Assembly: GCA_965218795.1 (NCBI GenBank)
Contig: OZ244653.1
Span: 1,632,001-1,696,000, forward strand
Source of the DNA: a bacterium
GTDB lineage: Bacteria > UBA8248 > JACPRG01 > G963555815
Reading direction: 5' to 3'
Length of the DNA: 64,000 nucleotides
The first letter of the stretch is position 1. Each line of letters begins with the position of its first letter. The notes under the pieces are model-generated. The model was given only the letters and a program-made list of their open reading frames with translations. It did not search any database and was not told where the DNA came from. The translations under genes and the position numbers were made by a program. This document shows positions 56,219-64,000 of the stretch, piece by piece.

Positions 56219-57568
56219 TCACAGCCCGATCTCCCCCAGCAGCAGGGTCGCGCCTTGGGCGGCGGTCTCGCGGTCGATGTAGCCCATCTCTTCGGCCTTG
56301 GCGAGGGCGTGGACCCCTCGATCGAGGGATTCAGTGGCGCGGTTCAGATCCCGGCCGGCCGGCTCGGGGAGGGTGACGGAGAAGTCGTGCAGGACACGGT
56401 TGACCCGATCCGGGTCGCTTGCCGTCAGCTCCGGCGAGACCGAGGCCCGCATCTCCGGATTGAACGTCCACCATTGGTCCAGGACGAACCGGAAGACCCT
56501 CTCGATCATGTGCGCGACGAAACGCTGGCGGGACTTGATCCGCTTGATGATGGGATCCGCCATCTCCGCCGCCGTGGCGCGGTTCACGTCCTCGCCGCGG
56601 CCGAAGAAGTGCTCGGCGAACCCCGCGCCTCCGATGATGTGGCCGCGGAACTCCCGGGCCGCCCGGCTGTTGTCCTGATGGTCCAGGTTCGGCGTGACGG
56701 CCTGTAGATTCTCGTGGCGGTTGTGGGCGTAAACGGCGCCCGGCCTGAGATCCTTGAGCATGGCCGCCTTCTCGCGCAGCTTTTTGGCGTCCGCTCCATC
56801 CACCGTGAGATCGAAGATGAACCGCTTGGCCAGAACCGTCCGCTCCATGTCGTCGAAGAGGAACTGGTCGTAGGCGTCCAGAAAGTCGGCCAGGGCCATC
56901 AGATCGGGCGTCCCGCGCGCGGCGGTGCTCGTCTTGTTGACGGCGAAGTAAAAGCAATCGCCCACGAGCCGCCCAAACGAGGGGCTGACGGGCTTTTCAT
57001 CCGGCAGGATAACCGCCAGGGTTCTGGCTTCCATCCGCTCGCGGCCCTTTCGGACGACGGCCGCCGTGATGCGGGCGTTTCCGGGGTCCGTCTTCACCTG
57101 GGCGATCTTCTCCGCGTCCAGGACGCCCAGGCGCACATGCCCGTCCGCCCGGTTCACGAAGACGGGCAGGCAGAGCTCTCCGAAAAGCCCCAGGTCGCGG
57201 ACAAGGGCGTGCTGGTGGATGTCCCATGCGTTCACCCAATCGTTCCAGTGATTGTCGAGGACACGTTGCAGGAGGGGTTGAGCATGGGCGTACGTGATCC
57301 CCTTGCCGATCACCCAGTCTTTCAGGTCCTCCGTGAGACGGAAGGCCAAGGGGTTGGTCTTGTAGAGGATATAGGCCGTTCGAATGGCGCGGTCCTGCCG
57401 GTCGGGCGAGAGGTCGCGGTCGCCGCTTCCCGTCAACGAGCGAAAGAGATGATCATCCGCGTCCACGCCCTCTCCCAGGGGAAGCGCCTCGTTGACCCTC
57501 CGAAGAATTCCGGGACGGGTCAAAGCCCAGTTCACACTCTTCCGCTTCCAGCGATCGATCAAACTCAT
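56219..57568 (-). CDS. Portal protein
   Basis: LYKTNPLA, L.LFGE....V, F.VNK...ARG.PDL, N.ATA..M; directly after the terminase. Confidence 0.8.
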   Translation of the reverse strand: MSLIDRWKRKSVNWALTRPGILRRVNEALPLGEGVDADDHLFRSLTGSGDRDLSPDRQDRAIRTAYILYKTNPLAFRLTEDLKDWVIGKGITYAHAQPLLQRVLDNHWNDWVNAWDIHQHALVRDLGLFGELCLPVFVNRADGHVRLGVLDAEKIAQVKTDPGNARITAAVVRKGRERMEARTLAVILPDEKPVSPSFGRLVGDCFYFAVNKTSTAARGTPDLMALADFLDAYDQFLFDDMERTVLAKRFIFDLTVDGADAKKLREKAAMLKDLRPGAVYAHNRHENLQAVTPNLDHQDNSRAAREFRGHIIGGAGFAEHFFGRGEDVNRATAAEMADPIIKRIKSRQRFVAHMIERVFRFVLDQWWTFNPEMRASVSPELTASDPDRVNRVLHDFSVTLPEPAGRDLNRATESLDRGVHALAKAEEMGYIDRETAAQGATLLLGEIGL

Positions 57569-57826
57569 TTCGATTCCTCTGTCGGCGCTGTGGCCGCCGT
57601 TTGGATGGTTCGGGCGCAGGCCCAGGTCGAAGGAACATCCCTCACCGGGTCGGCGAGACAAGCCCCCCACCGCATCAGCCTTCGCCTCACGGCTCGGCTT
57701 CTGCGACTCCCCCTCAAGGGGGGAGTGATTGGATCGGGGATTGGACAGTCGAAGATGCCCGGCCCATGCCCCGCCCGTGCACGCGCCTTGCATGGTGTCG
57801 TCGGCCCACAACCTGCCTGTCACCCC

Positions 57827-57957
57827 GGCAGGCTTTCGCCTGCACCGCATGAGCCACCCTGGCGCTTGGGACTGTGTCCCTTCGCTTGGATGGCTCGGCC
57901 TTTCGCGACGCCAGCGTCAGCGCCAGCGTCGCCAATGCGATGCAACGGGACGTTGCC
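57827..57957. repeat. Hairpin-mosaic repeat R10 overlapping the terminase 3' end
   Basis: gcaggctttcgcctgcaccgcat ... atgcgatgcaacgggacgttgcc. Confidence 0.8.
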
Positions 57958-59503
57958 GGTACAGGCTCCGGCGCGAATACTTCCGGCTCTCGGCTGATTC
58001 CCCGAGGAGGACCGCTTCCGAGGCCGGTATGCCGCAGGCCGCCCACCAGGCCAGCGCAAAGCTGTGGGCGTGGTCCGGGCTCCTCACCGGCCCCTGCCTC
58101 GCGCTTCCGGGGAAGCGCCGGGCCGCCTCGTCGGGGTCGACGATACGGATTCCGCCGGGCTTGATCTCGTACCGCATCGATGAAAGCTGGCTGACGAGGC
58201 CGTCCAGGTCGTTTTTTCGGAGCTCCGCCCTCGATGCCTCCAGGGCAATCCGGCCGGTTTCAAACGCCCGTCGGAGGCGCCAGAACATCTCCGATTTCAG
58301 GTTGAGAAACCGGTCGGCGTCGGAGGTCGCCGCGCCGAATTGAATCGGGAGAACCTCCAACCCCGCCTCCCACAGCAGGTCCGTGACGCCGCCCCCGACC
58401 CCCGTGTCATCCACCGCGACAACATCGATTTCCCAATCAGCCGCCAGGAGCGCCGCCTCCCCGAAGATCTCCACGATCCCTCTTTTTTCCCGGGCCCGAA
58501 TGAGCCGCAGCCTGCCGGGGAGAGAGCCGTTTCCGATCGGGATTGAGGGCGGCGGGGGCACCGCCTCGATGATCGTGAATACCGTGCGGTCGGAGCCATA
58601 GCGGGCAACATCGACCCCCAGGGCCAAACGGTTTTTGGCCATGCGAGGCTCGTCTGCTTCACGAGGGGCCCCTTCCCTCACCGAGACCTGAGGATCCAGC
58701 GGAACCTGGAAGCCTGCGAATCCCTGCATGGCCGACTCGATGTGCGAAAGCGGGATCAACGTATCCTCCCCTTCATCCGGAAATTCCCCGAGGACCCTGG
58801 CCTGATAGACGGGCAAGGACTCCCCCCATTCCGCTTTGCGGGCCGCAATCCAGTCCGGAGAAACCCGGGGGGTGATCGAAGATTGCGATGGGATGGAGCT
58901 TCCCCTCTCCCACCGGCCGAGGCAGGGGATATGAAACGTCTTCCAGGTCGCCCGCAGCTTGGTGAAGACCTGATGGAAGTATCCCAGCCGGGCGCCCGGC
59001 GTGCTGATCAGGAAAATCTTCGCGTCCGTGGTGAGGGCCCCCTGGATGCCGTCGAAGATGGAGTCGGAGACTCCTTTCGCCTCATCGACCACGTACAGGA
59101 GATGGGGCGCGTGGAACCCTTCCAGATTCTCCGGCCGCTCCGCCGACATCCCGACGGCGAACCATTCCTCCTCGAACCCCTTGACCGCCATACGGGTCTG
59201 ACTGAGCGACAGCTCCCTGGCCAGGACGGATTCCCGCACCCAGCGGTGGATCTCCGCCCAGAGGATATCGCGCACCTGCTTCTCGAACGTCGGGGCGGTC
59301 GTCGGAACCTTGGAAAGGGGACGGGTCACGAGGAACCAGGTCACCGCCCACGCGGCGACGGCTGTCTTGCCGACGCCGTGCCCGCTCCTTACGGCCACCC
59401 GCGGGGATTCGGCCAGGGCGTCCAGGACGTCCGCCTGGTACGGTTCGGGTTCGGCCCCCAGAATGTTCTGAATGAAGTGGACAGGATGATCCCAGAAGGT
59501 CAT
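57917..59503 (-). CDS. terL: Terminase large subunit
   Basis: RSGHGVGKT Walker A, APT..Q, VVDEA Walker B, ISTP, LGVDVARYGSD, VDDTGVGGGV, SPD. Confidence 0.92.
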   Translation of the reverse strand: MTFWDHPVHFIQNILGAEPEPYQADVLDALAESPRVAVRSGHGVGKTAVAAWAVTWFLVTRPLSKVPTTAPTFEKQVRDILWAEIHRWVRESVLARELSLSQTRMAVKGFEEEWFAVGMSAERPENLEGFHAPHLLYVVDEAKGVSDSIFDGIQGALTTDAKIFLISTPGARLGYFHQVFTKLRATWKTFHIPCLGRWERGSSIPSQSSITPRVSPDWIAARKAEWGESLPVYQARVLGEFPDEGEDTLIPLSHIESAMQGFAGFQVPLDPQVSVREGAPREADEPRMAKNRLALGVDVARYGSDRTVFTIIEAVPPPPSIPIGNGSLPGRLRLIRAREKRGIVEIFGEAALLAADWEIDVVAVDDTGVGGGVTDLLWEAGLEVLPIQFGAATSDADRFLNLKSEMFWRLRRAFETGRIALEASRAELRKNDLDGLVSQLSSMRYEIKPGGIRIVDPDEAARRFPGSARQGPVRSPDHAHSFALAWWAACGIPASEAVLLGESAESRKYSRRSLYRQRPVASHWRRWR

Positions 59504-59510
59504 CCATCCT

Positions 59511-59870
59511 TCAGCCGCCTTGTCCAGATTTCCGTTGCCTGTATTTTTTTTCATATTCTTCGGCGGCCCTGCGGGCGATGTCGGCGAACGTGGCGTCAAA
59601 ATCCGAGGCCGACTCCAGTTTCTTTCGGGCGTCCTTGGCCCAGAGGTCGGCCAGATAGAGCAGGCACCGTACCTTCAGTTCCTCCTTCAAGCCGGACTCC
59701 ATGGCCAGACGGGCGATTTCCTCGAGCGCCTCCTTCCCCTTCGTTCGGATGAGGTCCTCGACGTCTTCATCGGACGGGGCGCTTCCGGTGTTTCCGGTCT
59801 TGGGTTCGGCGGGGGCCTCGGCCGGGGAACCGATTGTCTTCTGCTTCTGCTTTTTCTTTCTCCGCGACAT
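59511..59870 (-). CDS. Putative terminase small subunit
   Basis: Small helical ORF directly upstream of terL. Confidence 0.45.
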   Translation of the reverse strand: MSRRKKKQKQKTIGSPAEAPAEPKTGNTGSAPSDEDVEDLIRTKGKEALEEIARLAMESGLKEELKVRCLLYLADLWAKDARKKLESASDFDATFADIARRAAEEYEKKYRQRKSGQGG

Positions 59871-60013
59871 GCGCCATTTTCCGTTCACCGCAAAAAGGAG
59901 ACCCGGCGGATTCTTCCGCCGGGCCTTCGATGCTTTCTCCAAAAACAAAAAGGAGAGGACAGGCCACCCTGGGCCCGGCTCCTCTCCCAATGACTTTCGT
60001 TCAGCTTACGATA

Positions 60014-60042
60014 AACTTATGCCCGGATATTGAATCCGTCAA
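60014..60042 (-). promoter_or_regulatory. Candidate sigma70 promoter for the virion operon
   Basis: TTGACG-17 bp-TAAGTT on the minus strand upstream of the first module gene. Confidence 0.4.
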
Positions 60043-60325
60043 GGGCTTTTTTCGGAAATCCTTGTTTCACCTGCTTTCAGAGGATTTCAGGTTTCTTCTC
60101 AGGCTGTACCAATCCGCCTCCTGTGCCTTCATCCCCAGTGCAGGATGTCATGATTCGCCTGCAAATGCAGCCGCCACGGGAACCGTCATTTCTCTTGGCA
60201 TGTCATTCATGTTGAAGGCGCTTGCAGGTTTGAAGGGGTGAAGCAGGGTAGGGAATGATATACCTTTTACCTGAAACGGTTGGCAAGTCTGCCCATATTG
60301 GGTAAAATTTTCTATTTGCGAGAGC

Positions 60326-60592
60326 TTGCTGAACCATGAGGCGGTCAAGCATGGGGCAGACGAGCATGTCCGCGAGCAAGCCCATATCAACGGCACGGAG
60401 TCGTTCTGGACATCCATGAAGAGGGGATATCACGGCGTGTATCACCGCATGAGTCCGAAGCGCCTTGACCGCTACGTGACCGAGTTTGCCGGTCGCCACA
60501 ATGCCCGCAATTCCGATACCCACGCTCAAATGAGCCGCGTTGCCAAAGGGCTGGTTGGTAAGCGCCTCAAGTACAAGGAACTGATCGCATGA
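60326..60592 (+). pseudogene. IS1595-family transposase C-terminal fragment
   Basis: NH......, HINGTESFW...KRG..G.YH..S.K.L.RY..EF..R.N.R. Confidence 0.85.
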
Positions 60593-60860
60593 GCGAAGGG
60601 GCTCTCGTCTCAGAACATGACAGTGACACCTTTCAACGCGGCAACACGACGATCTACTTTCAGCACGCCGAACGGCTATACGATGAGTGGCCGTCACCGA
60701 CCTGCATTATTGCTGATGGCCCTTATGGCCTAAGTGGCTTCCCCGGCGATCTGCCGACAGTTGAGCGTCTAGCGGAATGGTACCGCCCCCATGTTCATGC
60801 ATGGGCGGAACGATCAACGCCTCAAACGACGCTGTGGTTTTGGAACTCCGAACTGGGATG
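60589..60860 (+). pseudogene. N4/N6 DNA methyltransferase N-terminal fragment
   Basis: IIADGPYG motif IV; ATGA-coupled to the IS1595 fragment; broken by the REP element at 60859. Confidence 0.65.
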
Positions 60861-61059
60861 GGCGACGTGGCGTTCGAGGGCAGGCCCTCAGATCATCATT
60901 CCCGCGGAAGCGGGAATGGCGATCAAAAGGGTTGGGCAGAGGGAGTTCGACGGTGGTGTGGGAATTCCGCGCTGTCTGAGTCGTTCGTCATTCCTGCGCA
61001 TGCAGGAATCCAGGCGGCATAGAGCGGGTTGCGAGGGAAGGACCTGAACGCGTACCTGA

Positions 61060-61180
61060 AGACGCCTCGTCAAGTTCTACAACACCGAGCGTCCTCATCA
61101 GGGCTGTCGCAACATGGGCAGCCGGCCCATCGGCACGGTCAGGAAGCTTATCCAACCAGTGAGGAATGAAGCCTGGTCAT
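61060..61180 (+). pseudogene. IS481-like transposase C-terminal remnant
   Basis: VKFYNTERPHQGCRNMGSRP. Confidence 0.55.
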
Positions 61181-61211
61181 GCACATGAATAAAATCAGCC
61201 TTCCCCCTGTC

Positions 61212-61292
61212 GTCACCCCCGCGAAAGCGGGGGTCCAGGGCCGCAAAACGAGTGTCAGACTGCCCTGGATTCCCGCTTTCGCGGGAATGACA
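61212..61292. repeat. REP doublet
   Basis: gtcacccccgcgaaagcgggggtcc ... ggattcccgctttcgcgggaatgac. Confidence 0.7.
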
Positions 61293-61492
61293 AGGAGGGT
61301 GGCGGGACGCTCCGGCCCTCGTGAAGGCGCCGATATATTTTGGTACTTATCTCTGAGACGGCATACCAGGGCTTGCTCTTCGAATTTGGATTGTCAAGCA
61401 GAAAATTGCAGGATGGTTTTCCGTTGATGCTTTTTTCGTCTATTTTGTGGCATAGTGTTATGAGGACCGCTAAATGTGGGAGCGAAAATAAA

Positions 61493-62206
61493 ATGAAGTC
61501 GAAGCCTGCGAGCAGCCGATCGGGCAAGAGAAAGTCCCCGGCCGGGATTGCCACAAATGACCTTGTATTTTCGGCATACCAAGGAGTCAATAGCGATATC
61601 TTCCCATTGGTTCTGGACCTCTACGTTCCGACCGGGAGCGTCGTTGCTGATGTGACCTACGGCAAGGGGGCATTTTGGAAGAATGTGCCGAAAGGAGATT
61701 ACAAACTCCTGAAGTCGGACTTGGCTCAAGGTGTAGACTGCCGTGATCTTCCCTATCAGCGAAACTCGATAGACTGCGTCGTCCTGGACCCACCGTACAT
61801 GCACACGCCCGGAGGCACAGCGCATGACGGACACCAGAATTTTGAGCACTACTATCGGAACAACGGAACGGGCAACAACGGGAATAAGAAATACCATGAA
61901 GCGGTCTTGGATCTCTATTTTCAAGCGGCGCAAGAGGCAAGTCGAGTCCTCCGGGACGGGGGCATTCTGATTGTGAAGTGTCAGGATGAGGTCTGCGCCG
62001 GGAAGCAGCGGCTGACCCACGTCGAGATTATCAACGAATTTGCGCGGTACGGTTATATGGCGGAGGATTGCTTCGTCCTGATGCGGAAAAACCGTCCAGG
62101 GGTCAGCCGGATTCTAAAGCAACTTCATGCCCGGAAGAACCACTCTTTCTTTCTCGTGTTCTGCTTGAAAAAGTCTCATAGAGCATCCGCCTCGAAAAAG
62201 AAATGA
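61493..62206 (+). CDS. Amino (N4C/N6A) DNA methyltransferase
   Basis: DVTYGKG motif I followed by VLDPPY motif IV. Confidence 0.8.
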   Translation: MKSKPASSRSGKRKSPAGIATNDLVFSAYQGVNSDIFPLVLDLYVPTGSVVADVTYGKGAFWKNVPKGDYKLLKSDLAQGVDCRDLPYQRNSIDCVVLDPPYMHTPGGTAHDGHQNFEHYYRNNGTGNNGNKKYHEAVLDLYFQAAQEASRVLRDGGILIVKCQDEVCAGKQRLTHVEIINEFARYGYMAEDCFVLMRKNRPGVSRILKQLHARKNHSFFLVFCLKKSHRASASKKK

Positions 62207-63039
62207 CCGAGTGACTTCACTTCAATCTTTGGGTATTCGGTAGTGAGAGCGGCGTACTTCTCCGGGATGTCGAGGTAGTAAATTCGGGTCAATTGCGCGA
62301 TGAACCTTTGGTACACGCGCCATTGGTCGGGCAGGCATATTTCAACGACCTCATGGGTTCTCGTATCCAACTTGGTCTCGGCCATCACGACAGGGATGCC
62401 CTTGAATTGCCCTTGCCCGTAGATCCCGTTCACGATGCGTTGATGCGCCCATACCTGGATCACGCGCTCCCGAGTAGACAACTTGATCGGGACGTGGAAT
62501 TTGTCTTTATCGGGTCCAAGGTCGAAAATGTAGTCCGTTGGAAGGCTTCCTCCCTTCAAACCTTTCGCGAGAACCTTGATGGCCTTTGTCGGGAGCACTC
62601 CGAGATAAACAGCGAGTACGTGGCCGATGAGGAACTCAAAGTACGTGGCAGGGGTTTTCTTGTCTCCGGTCTTTGTCGTGTCGTTGGCAGCACAGAAGAT
62701 CATTGCCAGGGTGTAGAGGGTTCTTGTAGCTTCGTGGCTCCCAAGATGCGCCCACTCAGCCTTGGCGAAGACGGCGAGGTGGTCCTCAAGTTCTTTCGGG
62801 TCGAATAGGAATAAGTCCTGGTTGATTGGCCGGGAGAGCCGGCCACCATATCGATAGGAGATATACCGCTTCTCTGGAACTCGTGATTCGAGTGCAACGG
62901 TTTCACCTTCTGACAGAAGGAAATCATGGCCTTTCTTGGAGATAAGGACCAGAAGATCGGTCACGGCCTCGCTGGCAAGGTCCTCCTTCGCCAGTGCCTT
63001 CAATCGACCATACAATTCAGGAAGTCCCGACTCAGCCAT
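62176..63039 (-). CDS. Putative type II restriction endonuclease
   Basis: FEFLI..., PTD....., KLSTRER, as in PD-(D/E)xK enzymes with the KxS/TxRER motif; convergent with the MTase. Confidence 0.65.
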   Translation of the reverse strand: MAESGLPELYGRLKALAKEDLASEAVTDLLVLISKKGHDFLLSEGETVALESRVPEKRYISYRYGGRLSRPINQDLFLFDPKELEDHLAVFAKAEWAHLGSHEATRTLYTLAMIFCAANDTTKTGDKKTPATYFEFLIGHVLAVYLGVLPTKAIKVLAKGLKGGSLPTDYIFDLGPDKDKFHVPIKLSTRERVIQVWAHQRIVNGIYGQGQFKGIPVVMAETKLDTRTHEVVEICLPDQWRVYQRFIAQLTRIYYLDIPEKYAALTTEYPKIEVKSLGHFFFEADAL

Positions 63040-63189
63040 ATTAGGGCGGGATGGTAGCAGAGATCGGGGACAAGCGCAAAAGAAATCGGAAAGTTCAAAC
63101 GAGACCACTACTTTTTTGATTTTGCTTGACAGGGATTTCTTTCTTAAGAAAAATTGATTGGGTCAAATCCTTTTTTGAGACGGTCTTTT

Positions 63190-63664
63190 TCATATGAGCA
63201 AGACGGCACCGGGGGGAGTGGCGGTCTCCCGTTCCATCAGGGGCGTGCGGGGAGCGCCCTTGGGTTTCCGATGCAGCGCTGAGTTTCTCCGACGCGCATT
63301 GGAGGTCACAAAGGCCCAGCCGAAGCCGCCAGGCATCAGTCCGTGATTCTCTTTCCCCCTCCTGACTTCAACGCGCATCCGGAACAAATGGACGCTCTGG
63401 AAAAAGCGCTGGCAAACCCAGGCCGACCCCTGCACGGGTACGTTAATTCCACCTGCGCCTGCACCGAGCATGACGCCCTCGACAGGCTTGAGCGGATCCA
63501 ATGTCCGACCGCTCGATTGCGCCAGGGACATCGCCGAGCGCGTACCCGGCGCAGAACTGAAAATCCATACCGGAGCCAGCCACTTCCTCCTGGTCCAGCG
63601 CTATGAGGAAGTCATGGCGGATATTCAGCGGTTTCTGGCCGACAACTCACCGGATACGAAATAA
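63190..63664 (+). pseudogene. Alpha/beta hydrolase C-terminal remnant
   Basis: HDALDRLERIQCPT (frameshift) IAERVPGAELKIHTGASHFL..F. Confidence 0.55.
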
Positions 63665-63801
63665 ATACGAAATACAACAAATAATTTTCACTTTCAGTGG
63701 CGGCGGCTGAATTTTTGGGATATATTTGTTGACAATATCGATGTTCCCCACGACAGGCGTGTGTGACCGATATTGGAACAAATTTCAGTGGAGAAGTGCA
63801 A

Positions 63802-64000
63802 GTGGCGCAAGGAACAGTCAAGTGGTTTAACGACTCAAAGGGTTATGGTTTCATCTCACGCGAGGAGGGCGAAGACGTTTTCGTTCACCACACAGCCATT
63901 CAGGGGGAAGGCTTCAAGTCTCTTTCCGAGGACGATACCGTGTCCTTCGATGTTGCCGAAGGCCCAAAGGGTCTGCAGGCGGTGAATGTCCAGAAGGTCG
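63802..64000 (+). CDS. cspA: Cold-shock protein (runs off the window edge; absent from the ORF track)
   Basis: [46 protein letters not shown]. Confidence 0.93.
   Translation, partial: MAQGTVKWFNDSKGYGFISREEGEDVFVHHTAIQGEGFKSLSEDDTVSFDVAEGPKGLQAVNVQKV

Larger units (their letters stand above)
33903..60045 (-). mobile_element. Prophage-derived siphovirus-like virion morphogenesis module (cryptic prophage or GTA-like)
   Basis: Co-oriented terminase, portal, protease-capsid, head-tail, tail tube, chaperones, tape measure, hub, fibre and holin-like genes. Confidence 0.88.

Noticed and set aside
33687-57957. CsrA/Rsm binding sites in GGA-containing loops
   Set aside because: The loops do not fit the ANGGA consensus; left only as a weak possibility

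Overview
GC-rich bacterial chromosomal window with five parts. (1) 1-10.8 kb is an eroded defence/mobile island: sacsin-type ATPase with DUF3883, an IS3-truncated SNF2 helicase, a frameshifted DUF4209/HEPN gene and a truncated tyrosine integrase. (2) 10.9-33.7 kb is mostly housekeeping and metabolic: trmB, a sigma70 factor, ferritin-like, amidohydrolase, UbiD, recN, nadK, comB, an SbcCD-like pair and two tandem class V aminotransferases. It also holds a second IS3 that truncates a GHKL ATPase, and an AT-rich hicBA-like islet. (3) About 33.9-60.0 kb is a minus-strand siphovirus-like virion module running from terminase to a holin-like gene, with no integrase, repressor, replication or endolysin gene visible. 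(4) 60.3-63.1 kb holds IS remnants and a convergent type II R-M pair. (5) A cold-shock gene lies at the right edge. Two unusual structures stand out in the phage module. First, a family of modular, covarying hairpin repeats occupies about ten gene junctions, often from the stop codon to the next start codon. It supplies Shine-Dalgarno sites and C-termini and forms two different 130-bp tandem arrays. Second, an array of alternative tape-measure N-terminal fragments is interleaved with paralogous membrane-protein genes directly upstream of a mosaic tape-measure gene. All product calls come from motif recognition by eye; no database searches were run.
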